A stretch of DNA of 54,070 bases from Patescibacteria group bacterium UBA3530. GTDB lineage: Bacteria > Patescibacteriota > Minisyncoccia > Phycocordibacterales > UBA2100. Each line of letters opens with the position of its first letter. Positions within the stretch are counted from its first letter, which is position 1. This document shows, piece after piece, positions 39,328 through 48,747 of the stretch. The position numbers were made by a program, and so were the translations under genes. The stretch spans positions 1 to 54,070 of the forward strand of contig DFOX01000015.1 of assembly GCA_002376945.1 (NCBI GenBank). Reading direction: 5' to 3'. Below the pieces are notes generated by a model that saw only the letters and a program-made list of their open reading frames with translations, searched no databases and was not told the origin of the DNA.

Positions 39328-39499
39328 CCAAACAAAAACTCCAGCTTCTGTTTGGCCGGAGCTTCCCAAAAGAGTTTTTATTTAGAATTCCTACGGCCCA
39401 ACATAAACACACACGTCGTACGCTTTAATCATGTGTGTATTAGGCCGTGACCAATAAGTAGTCATATTTTCAAAATAGCAGAAGTAATTATTTTGTCAA
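39328..39499 (-). promoter_or_regulatory. Promoter + leader ORF + hairpins (candidate attenuator)
   Basis: TTGACA-N16-TATTTT (preceded by TG), 24-codon uORF 39465-39391, long G-U-rich hairpin, terminator and a mutually exclusive hairpin. Confidence 0.55.
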
Positions 39500-39604
39500 T
39501 GCAAAATAAGAATGTTTCGGGTAGTGAACGACGTTAAAACTCATTTTCAAACAACCACAGAGTACTGGTACATGCTAAACCGTACAGCCATAAGACAAAG
39601 TTGC

Positions 39605-39799
39605 TTAATTTTCAGAATGAGCAACAGGGCATTTCTTGTCTGAATACTCACAAACAACACAGCAATTTTTACTGTCTTTAGGAACTGAAATCATTTGCTT
39701 GCATTTTTCACACTTATGAAAAGCGAGACAACCTGTTTGAGGTATCTCTACTTGCTGTATGTGCCCACAATGAGGACATGTTAGATTAGCTGTTTCCAT
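39605..39799 (-). CDS. Small Cys-rich protein, GDCCVxC-like family
   Basis: LTCPHCGH...C...CEKC...NCCVVCEYS..KCP; TATAAT 7 nt before ATG. Confidence 0.75.
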   Translation of the reverse strand: METANLTCPHCGHIQQVEIPQTGCLAFHKCEKCKQMISVPKDSKNCCVVCEYSDKKCPVAHSEN

Positions 39800-40104
39800 A
39801 TTTTGCATTATATCAAAAATAGTATTTTACGCCCAAAACGTACTGCGGTAAAAAGGATGTTGGTCAAGTTTAAAAGAAAGTGTAATTCTATCCTTCACTT
39901 TTATATTTTCTTTCTTCCGTACTCTGATTTTGAGGGCAATAAAATTTTCCATCACTAGTTTAGTGTTTCAAGATGTATTTTCTGCTGAAATAATTGTAGG
40001 GTGCATTCCCCAAACTCTTTCTTGTTCTTTTTTAGATACCGTCACATACATCAATCCGTCGGGGTCCTTTTGCAACTCATGGCATAACATATCAAATACA
40101 CCTA

Positions 40105-40134
40105 AAAGCAAAAACCACCCTCTCGGGCGGTTCT
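40105..40134 (-). terminator. Terminator of the ribosomal operon
   Basis: Minus strand GAACCGCCC-GAGA-GGGTGGTTTTTGCTTTT. Confidence 0.75.
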
Positions 40135-40136
40135 TA

Positions 40137-40520
40137 CTATCGTTTGCTCCACTGTGGAGCACGTCGCGCGCTTCGCAAGCCAAATTTCTTGCGCTCTTTC
40201 ATTCGCGGATCTCGCTTTAGAAAACCGGCGGCTTTCAAATCTTTTCGTCGAGTGTCGTCATCCTTAACCAGTGCTCGTGCAATACCGTGGCGAATCGCTT
40301 CAGCTTGTGCAGGCACTCCACCTCCTGTTACATGCGCACTCACTGAAAAGGTTACACCCTCAAGTGCCTCTCGAACAATATTCTGTAGTTGTGCCGTCGG
40401 AAAGTATGCTTCCACACTCTTCTCATTAACCACAATGGTTGTTTTAGACGCAGGGGTAATGCGCACACGTGCGGTCGCTGTTTTTCGTCGTCCCACTGCC
40501 TCAATATATTTATCTGTCAT
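40137..40520 (-). CDS. rpsI: 30S ribosomal protein S9
   Basis: GRRKTATARV; ERKKFG...ARRAPQWSKR. Confidence 0.97.
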   Translation of the reverse strand: MTDKYIEAVGRRKTATARVRITPASKTTIVVNEKSVEAYFPTAQLQNIVREALEGVTFSVSAHVTGGGVPAQAEAIRHGIARALVKDDDTRRKDLKAAGFLKRDPRMKERKKFGLRSARRAPQWSKR

Positions 40521-40521
40521 A

Positions 40522-40872
40522 TTACTGTATTATCAAATTCTTCATGCGTTTCTTGCGAAGACGGTTTGCGGGAAGCATATTGTACACTGCTCTCCGCAGC
40601 ACTTCTGCCACGCCCTTCTTTGCAATCAACTCCTCAAGTGTCTCCTCTTTGCGTCCGCCGTGGAAGCCCGAGTATCGGTCATAGATTTTCTCAGTTAATT
40701 TCTTCTCCGGAATGTCGAGCGCATCAACATTCTCTATGATAACAGACACCTGTGCAACTGTGTTTTTTGCAAAGTCGGTTTGATCTTTTCCAAGCAGTAC
40801 GTGAGCAATACGTGATGCAAATCGCCCAAGCTTCTGTTCTGTTGCGTCTAGTATATGTTCTCGCTTTTCCAT
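40522..40872 (-). CDS. rplM: 50S ribosomal protein L13 (short)
   Basis: LDA....LGR.AS..A..LLGK; AVYNMLP.NRL. Confidence 0.94.
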   Translation of the reverse strand: MEKREHILDATEQKLGRFASRIAHVLLGKDQTDFAKNTVAQVSVIIENVDALDIPEKKLTEKIYDRYSGFHGGRKEETLEELIAKKGVAEVLRRAVYNMLPANRLRKKRMKNLIIQ

Positions 40873-40873
40873 A

Positions 40874-41227
40874 TTATACAAATTCAATTATCGCACGGTC
40901 CCGCTTCGCATCTTCGTAAGTGCCAAGTTTGCTGATACGTGTATATCCTCCCGGACGTTCCTTGTATCGAGGACCCAGCACCTCGTGAAGCTTCACTGAA
41001 GTTTCCATATCATTTCCCAGACGACTTGCAATCACTCGACGTGAAGCAAGAGTGTCTTTCTTGGCAAGTGTTACCAACTTTTCAACGTGAGGACGCAATT
41101 CACGTGCCTTAGTGATGGTAGTTTCAATACGCTCGTGCATCACCAAGTTGCGCACCAGGCCACGCAAAAGCGCCGTTCGCACTTTGCGTACACGTCCAAA
41201 TTTTCTTTGTGCTTTGTGATGCTTCAT
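40874..41227 (-). CDS. rplQ: 50S ribosomal protein L17
   Basis: IETT..KA.ELR..VEKL; RPGGYTRI. Confidence 0.96.
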   Translation of the reverse strand: MKHHKAQRKFGRVRKVRTALLRGLVRNLVMHERIETTITKARELRPHVEKLVTLAKKDTLASRRVIASRLGNDMETSVKLHEVLGPRYKERPGGYTRISKLGTYEDAKRDRAIIEFV

Positions 41228-41249
41228 AGCGCTGATACCTTACCACACA

Positions 41250-42221
41250 TTAGTTGCGAAGTGTAATTCCCAAATTAGACAGCGCCCGCTTAATTTCCTG
41301 TAATCCCTTTTGCCCAAGTCCTTCAATGGCTAAAATGTCCTCCTCGTGCTTTCGGGCAAGACCGCCTACGGTGCGAATACCCGATTCGTCAAGTGCGGTA
41401 GCTACACGGGGAGACAGGTCGAGTTCATCAATACGTGTCTTAAACGCCTCCTTGTCCGCATCCTTCTTCTCAGTGGGGGTTGTTACCGGCACTGTTTCAA
41501 CAACTTCTTCAACTTCCTCAACCTCAGCTTCCTCTTGGAATCCAATCACTGCCTTGAGTTGGTGAATCATGATTGCAATTGAATCTTCAAGTGCCTCGCG
41601 AGGCGTGAGTGTGCCATCAGTTTCAATCAATACGCGCAATCGATTAAAATCAGTTCGATCGCCTACACGCATATTCTCCACTTCATAATTGACGCGACGA
41701 ATTGGTGAAAAGAGTGCATCAAGTGCAATTGCGCCGATTTCAACACGATCTTTTTGAATTACCTCCTTTGCGACATATCCCAGACCGCGTTCAACACCAA
41801 GTTCGACTTCAAAATCGATCTTTCCCGATACTTCAGCAATGTGCTGTTCAGGATTGAGGATCTCAACTTGACTCGGTGCATCAATATCAGCCGCGGTAAC
41901 GGTTCGAGGGCCCGTTACCTTGATTTTCAAGGTTTGTGGTTCATCGGTAAGCAGTTTAATACGCACTTTCTTAAGGTTGAGCAGAAGCATGATGGTATCC
42001 TCCGATACACCCTCGATAGTTGAGAATTCGTGCGAGACGCCATCAATTTTTACGTGTGTGATTGCCGCTCCCGGAAGTGATGATAGTATAATGCGACGGA
42101 GCGAGTTTCCAAGCGTGTGCCCGTATCCCGGGTATAATCCATCAATCTCATAGGTACCGCTGAAGTGTTCTTCTGAGATAACGCGTGGCTTTGAAGGAAC
42201 TGTTACTTGGTGATCTGACAT
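41250..42221 (-). CDS. rpoA: RNA polymerase alpha subunit
   Basis: GYGHTLGNSLRR.ILSS; HEFSTIEGV.ED; alpha-CTD. Confidence 0.97.
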   Translation of the reverse strand: MSDHQVTVPSKPRVISEEHFSGTYEIDGLYPGYGHTLGNSLRRIILSSLPGAAITHVKIDGVSHEFSTIEGVSEDTIMLLLNLKKVRIKLLTDEPQTLKIKVTGPRTVTAADIDAPSQVEILNPEQHIAEVSGKIDFEVELGVERGLGYVAKEVIQKDRVEIGAIALDALFSPIRRVNYEVENMRVGDRTDFNRLRVLIETDGTLTPREALEDSIAIMIHQLKAVIGFQEEAEVEEVEEVVETVPVTTPTEKKDADKEAFKTRIDELDLSPRVATALDESGIRTVGGLARKHEEDILAIEGLGQKGLQEIKRALSNLGITLRN

Positions 42222-42257
42222 ACGAATATACTTAGTTTTAATAAATACTCATTTATA

Positions 42258-42860
42258 CTAACGACTGTAGAACTCAAATACCGCAGAGAGGTCAAAGGTG
42301 CTGTCTCCAACAGTGAACTCTGGCATTGCGGTAACTGATGCGGTCAATTTTTTTCCGTTCACCCGTAACCATTTGGGTGCCACATGTCCTTCAATGCGCT
42401 CGGCGTGGTGCGTGAACAGTAGTTTTGTCGCGCTTCCCTCACGCACCGCAAGTGTATCGCCTTTCTTCACCGTGTGCGAAGGAACGGTCATTTTCTTCTT
42501 GTTAACCACAATGTGTCCGTGACTCACCATTTGACGTGCAGCGCGACGTGTAGGTGCAAATCCCATTCGATATATTGTGTTATCCAAGCGTGTTTCAAGA
42601 TCGGTGAAGAGTGCAGCGGCGGGATCTTTGCGCTTAAGTGAGCGCCCAACATACTTCTGCAATTGCTTTTCGGTAATACCGTATGCATAGCGCACCTTTT
42701 GTTTTTCAAGCAGTTGTCGTCCGTAGTCACTGAGATTTTTTCGTCGCTTAAACGTTTTTTTTGCACGTGCCTCGGATAGGGTAAATTTCTGTGTTTGACA
42801 CTTCTCATACACACCACTACCAAGACGTTTGCAGATTTTATACTTAGGTTTACTCAACAT
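42258..42860 (-). CDS. rpsD: 30S ribosomal protein S4
   Basis: SDYGRQLLEKQK, LETRLDN..YR.GFA.TR..ARQ.V.HGH. Confidence 0.96.
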   Translation of the reverse strand: MLSKPKYKICKRLGSGVYEKCQTQKFTLSEARAKKTFKRRKNLSDYGRQLLEKQKVRYAYGITEKQLQKYVGRSLKRKDPAAALFTDLETRLDNTIYRMGFAPTRRAARQMVSHGHIVVNKKKMTVPSHTVKKGDTLAVREGSATKLLFTHHAERIEGHVAPKWLRVNGKKLTASVTAMPEFTVGDSTFDLSAVFEFYSR

Positions 42861-42870
42861 GGAAAAAATA

Positions 42871-43305
42871 TTACACGCGACGTGGGCGACGCGTACGCGT
42901 TCCGTTAAATGGAACCGGAGTTTGATCTGAAATGGAAATGATATCAATTCCCTTTCCAGCAAATGCGCGAAGCGCTGATTCGCGCCCTGCGCCAACTCCC
43001 TTGATAATTGCGGCTGCTGATTTCACGCCCATTATTTGCGCTTTTTCAGCTACCAGTTCTCCAACTTTCGCTGCTGCAAACGGTGTGCCCTTTTTTGCAC
43101 CTGAAAAACCAAGGGCACCCGATGAGGACCACGCGACAGAATTACCCTCATTGTCGGCAAGCATAACCTTGGTATTGTTGTACGTTGCATGTACATATAA
43201 AGTAGCTGTGGATAACCGCTTCTTTGAGGTTTTACTCAAAGCACGTGATCGGAGTCCACGGTTTACACTGCTGCCTGATTTTTTAACAATTCGTTTCTTT
43301 CCCAT
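42871..43305 (-). CDS. rpsK: 30S ribosomal protein S11
   Basis: ATYNNT, WSSSG..GF.G.KK.TPFAA, TPVP.NG.R..RPRRV. Confidence 0.96.
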   Translation of the reverse strand: MGKKRIVKKSGSSVNRGLRSRALSKTSKKRLSTATLYVHATYNNTKVMLADNEGNSVAWSSSGALGFSGAKKGTPFAAAKVGELVAEKAQIMGVKSAAAIIKGVGAGRESALRAFAGKGIDIISISDQTPVPFNGTRTRRPRRV

Positions 43306-43306
43306 A

Positions 43307-43687
43307 CTATTTCTTGTCCACCTTACGACGACCACTGGTCATGGTTTTCCGAACGTTACCACGCACACTTCGTGAGTTTGCCTTGGTACGTTGTCCGCGA
43401 ACGGGCAGTCCACGCGAGTGACGCTCTCCACGATAACTTTTGATATCCTTAAGACGTTTGATATTTGCATTCACCTCCCGGCGAAGTTCACCCTCGATAC
43501 GGTAATCAGTGACAGACTTGGTGATAGCTGCCTCCTCTTCGGCACTGAGGTCAGTTGGCTTCTTACCACCGTCCACTTTTGCTGCTGCAAGAATGCTTGC
43601 CGCGCGGACACGACCAATACCGTGTACGGCGGTGAGACCTATTTCAAGACGTTTCAAATCAGGGATTGTGATACCAGCTATGCGCAT
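43307..43687 (-). CDS. rpsM: 30S ribosomal protein S13
   Basis: RIAGI.IP; YRG.RH..GLPVRGQRT. Confidence 0.96.
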   Translation of the reverse strand: MRIAGITIPDLKRLEIGLTAVHGIGRVRAASILAAAKVDGGKKPTDLSAEEEAAITKSVTDYRIEGELRREVNANIKRLKDIKSYRGERHSRGLPVRGQRTKANSRSVRGNVRKTMTSGRRKVDKK

Positions 43688-43699
43688 ATGAAAAAATAA

Positions 43700-43813
43700 T
43701 TAACCTTGACGTTGCTTGTGTCGCGGGTTGTTGCAAATGACGTAGAGACGACCGCGACGACGTACGCTCTTGCATTCCTTACAAATCTTTTTAACCGAAC
43801 TTTTAACTTTCAT
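43700..43813 (-). CDS. rpmJ: 50S ribosomal protein L36
   Basis: Manual translation [37 protein letters not shown]. Confidence 0.95.
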   Translation of the reverse strand: MKVKSSVKKICKECKSVRRRGRLYVICNNPRHKQRQG

Positions 43814-43829
43814 AGTATCTGTGTGTTCG

Positions 43830-44051
43830 CTATCCGCGACGTACAATTCTGCCCTTCCCGCCGTATGGATCTAATTTCACCTGCACGGTGTCGCCAAGCA
43901 ACACCTTTATACGATGAATACGCATTTTTCCGGCGAGGTAGGAAATAACTTCTTCACCTGTGGAGAGTTCAACGCGAAAAAGCGCGTTTGGCAGCGCCTC
44001 AGTGACGACCCCCTCAACGGTGTCGTTGTGCTCTTTCGTATCATCACTCAC
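43830..44051 (-). CDS. infA: Translation initiation factor IF-1
   Basis: [15 protein letters not shown]; GKMR..RI....GD.V.V...PY. Confidence 0.95.
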   Translation of the reverse strand: MSDDTKEHNDTVEGVVTEALPNALFRVELSTGEEVISYLAGKMRIHRIKVLLGDTVQVKLDPYGGKGRIVRRG

Positions 44052-44097
44052 AGTGTGCGGGGCATAGTAACAGACTACGGGATAAATGACAAGCCCT

Positions 44098-45423
44098 TTA
44101 CTTCTTTTTCTCAGGTGCTATATCAATGGATATTCTTTCGGTTTCTGTTGGAAACTCCTTTTTCCAAAATGGTCGTATGGTTGCCTGAGCACTCTTAATT
44201 CCCGGATATCCACTCATAACCGTATTCAGCGCTCCACTATGCTTTCCCGCAAGATCGTTTTTAAGACTTTCGGTATCAATCTGCCAGGTAAGGGTGGTTG
44301 CACCTTTGAGTGTAAATTGCACAAGTGCGTCGGAAATAATATCAACACCACTCTTGTTGATAATTTCCATTTCGAGATTCTTCGGTGTCTCAACCCTAAT
44401 ATCCCCCTCCTCGGGAGTTGCCAGTGCCGCGGTCGCAAGCATACGGGCAAACGCACCCTTATCAAAAGTAACTGCATAGATGCGCGCAACTTCCTTAACC
44501 ACCGCCTTCTTGTCTTCGTTGTATGCTACGGGAGCAGATTCGTATTCGATAAACGTTCCCTCTTCAAACCACTCTGACGTTACCGGTATTTGGTCTTGCA
44601 GAGCGGATCGCACGCGATCTTGCAACTCCTGTCGCAATCGTGTTTGTGTTGCGTTAAGCACATCCTCATCAACTACCGCACGTTCCCCCACAAATCCCCC
44701 CACTATCGGTTCTTTTATCTTAGCGTAGAAGGTGTCGTAGCGGGGATCTCCCTTGAGTCCCGGGATACTGAAGCGCGTATTCATGTTCGTAATGTCCTGA
44801 TCTTGACCCTCCTTGTCCGCATATACGGTAATTTCAAGAGCGCCTTGTTCTCCGTCTACCATACCTGGTACGATGATTGAGTTTCGGACACGATAAATGG
44901 CACCATTTGGTGCTTCAAAACGAGTGTTCTTAATCAAACGTTGCGGTGCAGAGCTGTGATTGTTGTACACCACAATACGTCCTGATGCTTTTTCTTTCAC
45001 CAACTCGCTGCCGGTTGCAGCAATAGTGTCGGTGGCTTCGATGGTGTGAGGAATGACTTCATATGCCAGCTCTCCCTCCTCAGCGTTCTTGTATGCTGTG
45101 TATACCACATTTGCGGAGAGGTTCACGCTCTCTTGTTGTGGCACAACGGTAATGGTTGTTTTTCCAATAAATACGAATCCGATAGCTGAAAGCGCGATGG
45201 AAAAAATGACAATTGCAAGTATCCAAATACCGAAACGTCCACCACCTGCTGAGCTTCGACGAGGTTGTGTGGGCACTTGTCGTCTTTCTGCTCGCTTGAT
45301 TCGTCGGTTCTTCCTATCAGCTGTTTGCAGCGGAGTTACATCACGAATGGAATTTCCCGTAGTTCTCTTTACACTACTGCCTCCAGTTGGTGGTGTGATA
45401 TCGTCAAACATAGCTCTACCCAT
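44098..45423 (-). CDS. Membrane-anchored protein with baseplate-J-like domain
   Basis: Basic N-terminal tail, one TM, then KASGRIVVYN...LIKNTRF..PNG.IY...V.AD..G...GGF pattern. Confidence 0.55.
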   Translation of the reverse strand: MGRAMFDDITPPTGGSSVKRTTGNSIRDVTPLQTADRKNRRIKRAERRQVPTQPRRSSAGGGRFGIWILAIVIFSIALSAIGFVFIGKTTITVVPQQESVNLSANVVYTAYKNAEEGELAYEVIPHTIEATDTIAATGSELVKEKASGRIVVYNNHSSAPQRLIKNTRFEAPNGAIYRVRNSIIVPGMVDGEQGALEITVYADKEGQDQDITNMNTRFSIPGLKGDPRYDTFYAKIKEPIVGGFVGERAVVDEDVLNATQTRLRQELQDRVRSALQDQIPVTSEWFEEGTFIEYESAPVAYNEDKKAVVKEVARIYAVTFDKGAFARMLATAALATPEEGDIRVETPKNLEMEIINKSGVDIISDALVQFTLKGATTLTWQIDTESLKNDLAGKHSGALNTVMSGYPGIKSAQATIRPFWKKEFPTETERISIDIAPEKKK

Positions 45424-45439
45424 ATATGTAGTATAGCAA

Positions 45440-46576
45440 TTATTTACCAACAAACAAAAGGGCGAGCGTGAGTGCGGTATCATGCCTTCCTCCTTCGGTA
45501 CGATGGATTATTTTTCCTCTGTCTCCTATGTGCAAGGGCTCAGCGTGCGGCGGCTTCCCGGTGACAGTGAATTGGCCAAAATCTATCTTCTCAATCGCCC
45601 GCTCAAACCATGAAAAGAAATCCTTATGTACGATAATAAAGGTCTTTGTAGGCATTCGGTTCACTTTTCGAATGGTGGCACAGGCATCACCAAAAACTTT
45701 TGCCCACTCATTTTCAATGGGAGTAAGTAGTCCGTCAATAACTCTGCACTGAGACGGTGTACAGGTGTTTTGCAAATACCTAACAATATCCGCCCGTGCC
45801 GTCGTGAATGCATCAGTGTCCCCTTTTGCTACTGCATTAATAAGATCATCGGTTCCGAAAGATCCCCATGCATTTGCGGTGATAGTACCATTGCGCACCG
45901 TAGTCAAAGCCGTATATGATCCACCGATATCAACAACGGTAAACGTATCATGTTCTCCGAAAAGCTCCGCGAGTTGCAATACGGTATACATAAAAGCATC
46001 AATATGTACGTCATGCTCAGGAAATACCTGCCAAAAGGCGTCGAGAATAGCTTCGTGAACCGGTGTCGCCATAAAACTTCTGAGTGTTGTGATTGCAATA
46101 TGTGAGGCCCTCTTTTTGTACGGATTTCTGGTTACATATCCGTTGAGTGCAACTTGTGTAATGTGACTGTCAAATGCAACTTGGTCCGTCGCAGATTCCA
46201 CGGGCAGATTCCTCTCAACAAACTCTTTAAGCAGCTCCTTGGTGATAATCGATTCTTTTTGTAGTGGGCGTTCAGCACTCACTGATCGCGAAGTTGCCCA
46301 TGGTGCATGTACGACTGCATGCACGTCAAACGTGTCACTGGGAATATCATCACGTTTTGAAAGTGTGTCCAATGCCTTTTTTCCGGCATGTTCGATAGCT
46401 GCACTGACGTATAATCCCAAGCTCTCGGCACTGGTATCGGTATCGTAGTGAATCGGTTCGCGATGACTAAAAAGCACCTCGATAGTTTTGGCTCTTTGAT
46501 AGTGTGCGAACGAGACACCGACCGTAGCACTGCCGATGTCAAACACAAAAATATATTTTCCTGAAAGAGCAATCAT
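45440..46576 (-). CDS. Divergent FtsA/PilM-like actin-fold protein
   Basis: FDIGSATV and VVDIGGSYT phosphate-loop motifs; LNGY. Confidence 0.65.
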   Translation of the reverse strand: MIALSGKYIFVFDIGSATVGVSFAHYQRAKTIEVLFSHREPIHYDTDTSAESLGLYVSAAIEHAGKKALDTLSKRDDIPSDTFDVHAVVHAPWATSRSVSAERPLQKESIITKELLKEFVERNLPVESATDQVAFDSHITQVALNGYVTRNPYKKRASHIAITTLRSFMATPVHEAILDAFWQVFPEHDVHIDAFMYTVLQLAELFGEHDTFTVVDIGGSYTALTTVRNGTITANAWGSFGTDDLINAVAKGDTDAFTTARADIVRYLQNTCTPSQCRVIDGLLTPIENEWAKVFGDACATIRKVNRMPTKTFIIVHKDFFSWFERAIEKIDFGQFTVTGKPPHAEPLHIGDRGKIIHRTEGGRHDTALTLALLFVGK

Positions 46577-46605
46577 AGGTACAGTATACTACATTGATAG
46601 CCCAC

Positions 46606-48480
46606 TTACTCCAGTACGCCACGAATTCGACGCACTCCGGCAGATGACGCTTTTTCTTTTGCAATTCTAAACACACCTTCAATATCTCCTGTGTTTTCAA
46701 CATGCGGTCCGCCGCAAAACTCAATTGAGAATGCATTATCCAGTTCACCAATTGAATATACACTTACCATATCGGGATATTTCTGACCAAATTCCTGTTC
46801 CGCACCCAATTTCTCCGCCGCTTCCTTTGGCATGACGGTTTTCACGATTGGTAGATGTGCTCCTATTTTCTCATTTACGATTCTCTCAACTTCTGCTCGT
46901 TCTTCATCGGTGAGTTTTTCACCGTGTGAAAAGTCAATACGCAATCGTTCCCCTGTAATGTTGCTCCCGCGCTGCTTTACCTGATCTCCCAGCACCATCT
47001 GCAGTGCCTTAAGCAGAAGATGGTGCGTAGTATGCAATTGGGTTGTTTTTTCTGAACTGTCAGCGAGTCCTCCTTTAAACTTTTGCGCCGCTCCTGCACG
47101 ACTCTTTGCTTGGTGTGCATCAACCAATGCATCTACCTCATGCCATTGAGTGCGAACATTCTTCTCATGCAATATCTCCTGCACCAATTCTCGAGGAAAT
47201 CCATCGGAGGTCATAATCTCAAACACATCTTCGGCTGGAACTTCTGATGTGTCCGTGTGTCTCACCAATAGCTTCTCTAATTTTGAAAGACCACGGGCAA
47301 GTGTCGCCTTAAACCTGGTTTCTTCGAGCTGTATTTGCTCCTCAATTTCTTTTTGTGCGGATTGCAGTTCAGGATAGTGTGATTGGTATGATGCAATTAT
47401 TTGAGGAACAAGTGTCACTATTGAAAGATCGGGCTTTACTTTATTCACTTTGACTATACTCCGCCGTAAGAGACGCCGTACAAAATATCCCTGCTCGGTA
47501 TTTGAGGGACGGACACCGTCGGCAATCATAAATACCGCGCCGCGCAGATGATCGGCGACTACGCGAAAGCTCTCAAGATGATCTGCGTACTTCAGTGCAG
47601 TTTCATTTTCAAGTGTTTCAATTGTACCTCGCAATGAGTCAGTCGCTAAAAAGATATCGGCTTCATCTTGACTGGCAGCAGCTATGCGCTCGAGTCCACC
47701 ACCAAAGTCCACATTTTTTTGCGCGAGTTTCTCAAATGTTCCACCTCGCTTTATATACTCCATAAATACGGAATTTCCGATCTCAATAAAACGTCCGCAA
47801 TCACAGTTTGGGTGACAGTGTGCTCCCCATGCTGTATCGTGCTCCGTACCAAAATCATAGAAAATCTCCGAATCAGGTCCACCAAGTTCTCCATCAGGCA
47901 TGTTTTCCGGGACTCCTGAACGACTCCACCAATTTTTTGTTGCGTCGTAAGTAAAAATGCGCTCACCTTCGCTCATTCCTTTCTCGTATCCCTTCTGCTC
48001 GCTCCCGATGATAGCTACTTTCGATGAGATGCCTGCCTCGGTAAATATTTTTTCCCATATTTTGATTGCCTCATCATCACGAGGAATGCCAAGATCTGCA
48101 TCTCCATCAAATACGGTAACGTAGAGTTTTGTTGGATCAAGACCAATTTCCTCGGTGAGCAGTGCGTACACCCATGGAAGTTGCTCTTTCTTGAAGTAGT
48201 CACCGAGTGACCAATTACCCAACATCTCAAAAAAGGTGGTATGCCGGTTATCCCCCACTTCCTCAATATCTTCTGCTCGGAATGATTTTTGAGAGTCAAC
48301 TAACCGATTTCCCTTCGGGTGCTTTTCCCCGAGAAGATACGGAACAAGTGGTTGCATACCACTTCCTGTAAAGAGTGTTGTTGGATCATTTTCAGGAACA
48401 AGTGAAGCTGAGGGAATAACTGCATGCCCTCGCGCTGCGTAAAAGTCCAAAAATTTCTTTCGGATGGTCTGCACGTTCAT
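46606..48480 (-). CDS. alaS: Alanine--tRNA ligase lacking C-Ala domain
   Basis: DPTTLFTGSGMQP, RHTTFFEMLGNWS.GDYFK, HTTHH and CGGPH editing motifs, ends at GVRRI. Confidence 0.95.
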   Translation of the reverse strand: MNVQTIRKKFLDFYAARGHAVIPSASLVPENDPTTLFTGSGMQPLVPYLLGEKHPKGNRLVDSQKSFRAEDIEEVGDNRHTTFFEMLGNWSLGDYFKKEQLPWVYALLTEEIGLDPTKLYVTVFDGDADLGIPRDDEAIKIWEKIFTEAGISSKVAIIGSEQKGYEKGMSEGERIFTYDATKNWWSRSGVPENMPDGELGGPDSEIFYDFGTEHDTAWGAHCHPNCDCGRFIEIGNSVFMEYIKRGGTFEKLAQKNVDFGGGLERIAAASQDEADIFLATDSLRGTIETLENETALKYADHLESFRVVADHLRGAVFMIADGVRPSNTEQGYFVRRLLRRSIVKVNKVKPDLSIVTLVPQIIASYQSHYPELQSAQKEIEEQIQLEETRFKATLARGLSKLEKLLVRHTDTSEVPAEDVFEIMTSDGFPRELVQEILHEKNVRTQWHEVDALVDAHQAKSRAGAAQKFKGGLADSSEKTTQLHTTHHLLLKALQMVLGDQVKQRGSNITGERLRIDFSHGEKLTDEERAEVERIVNEKIGAHLPIVKTVMPKEAAEKLGAEQEFGQKYPDMVSVYSIGELDNAFSIEFCGGPHVENTGDIEGVFRIAKEKASSAGVRRIRGVLE

Positions 48481-48481
48481 G

Positions 48482-48691
48482 TTAGATGAGGCCAAAGTGT
48501 GATAATTCCATCAGGTATCCGACAATCATCAGAATAACTCCCATGATTGCAAGAATTTGCTCACGACGCATTTCCATAAGTACGATTCCGTCGATGCGCT
48601 TTTCATGCGTAATTTTTCCATGCACGAGGATAACCGATACTCCAAGCAGTATCTTACCTGCCAGTCCCAGTGTCAATCCCATAAATAACAT
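48482..48691 (-). CDS. Small two-TM membrane protein
   Basis: Two hydrophobic helices; TGGTATGCT box 6 nt before ATG; abuts alaS. Confidence 0.65.
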   Translation of the reverse strand: MLFMGLTLGLAGKILLGVSVILVHGKITHEKRIDGIVLMEMRREQILAIMGVILMIVGYLMELSHFGLI

Positions 48692-48747
48692 GCTTGAAGC
48701 ATACCACTTTTGTACATTCGCGCAAAAGAGCGTATACTCTGGTGACT

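Noticed and set aside
44098-45423. Prophage, based on the baseplate-J-like domain
   Set aside because: The protein has a TM anchor, sits among core genes, and no capsid, tail or integrase genes are present
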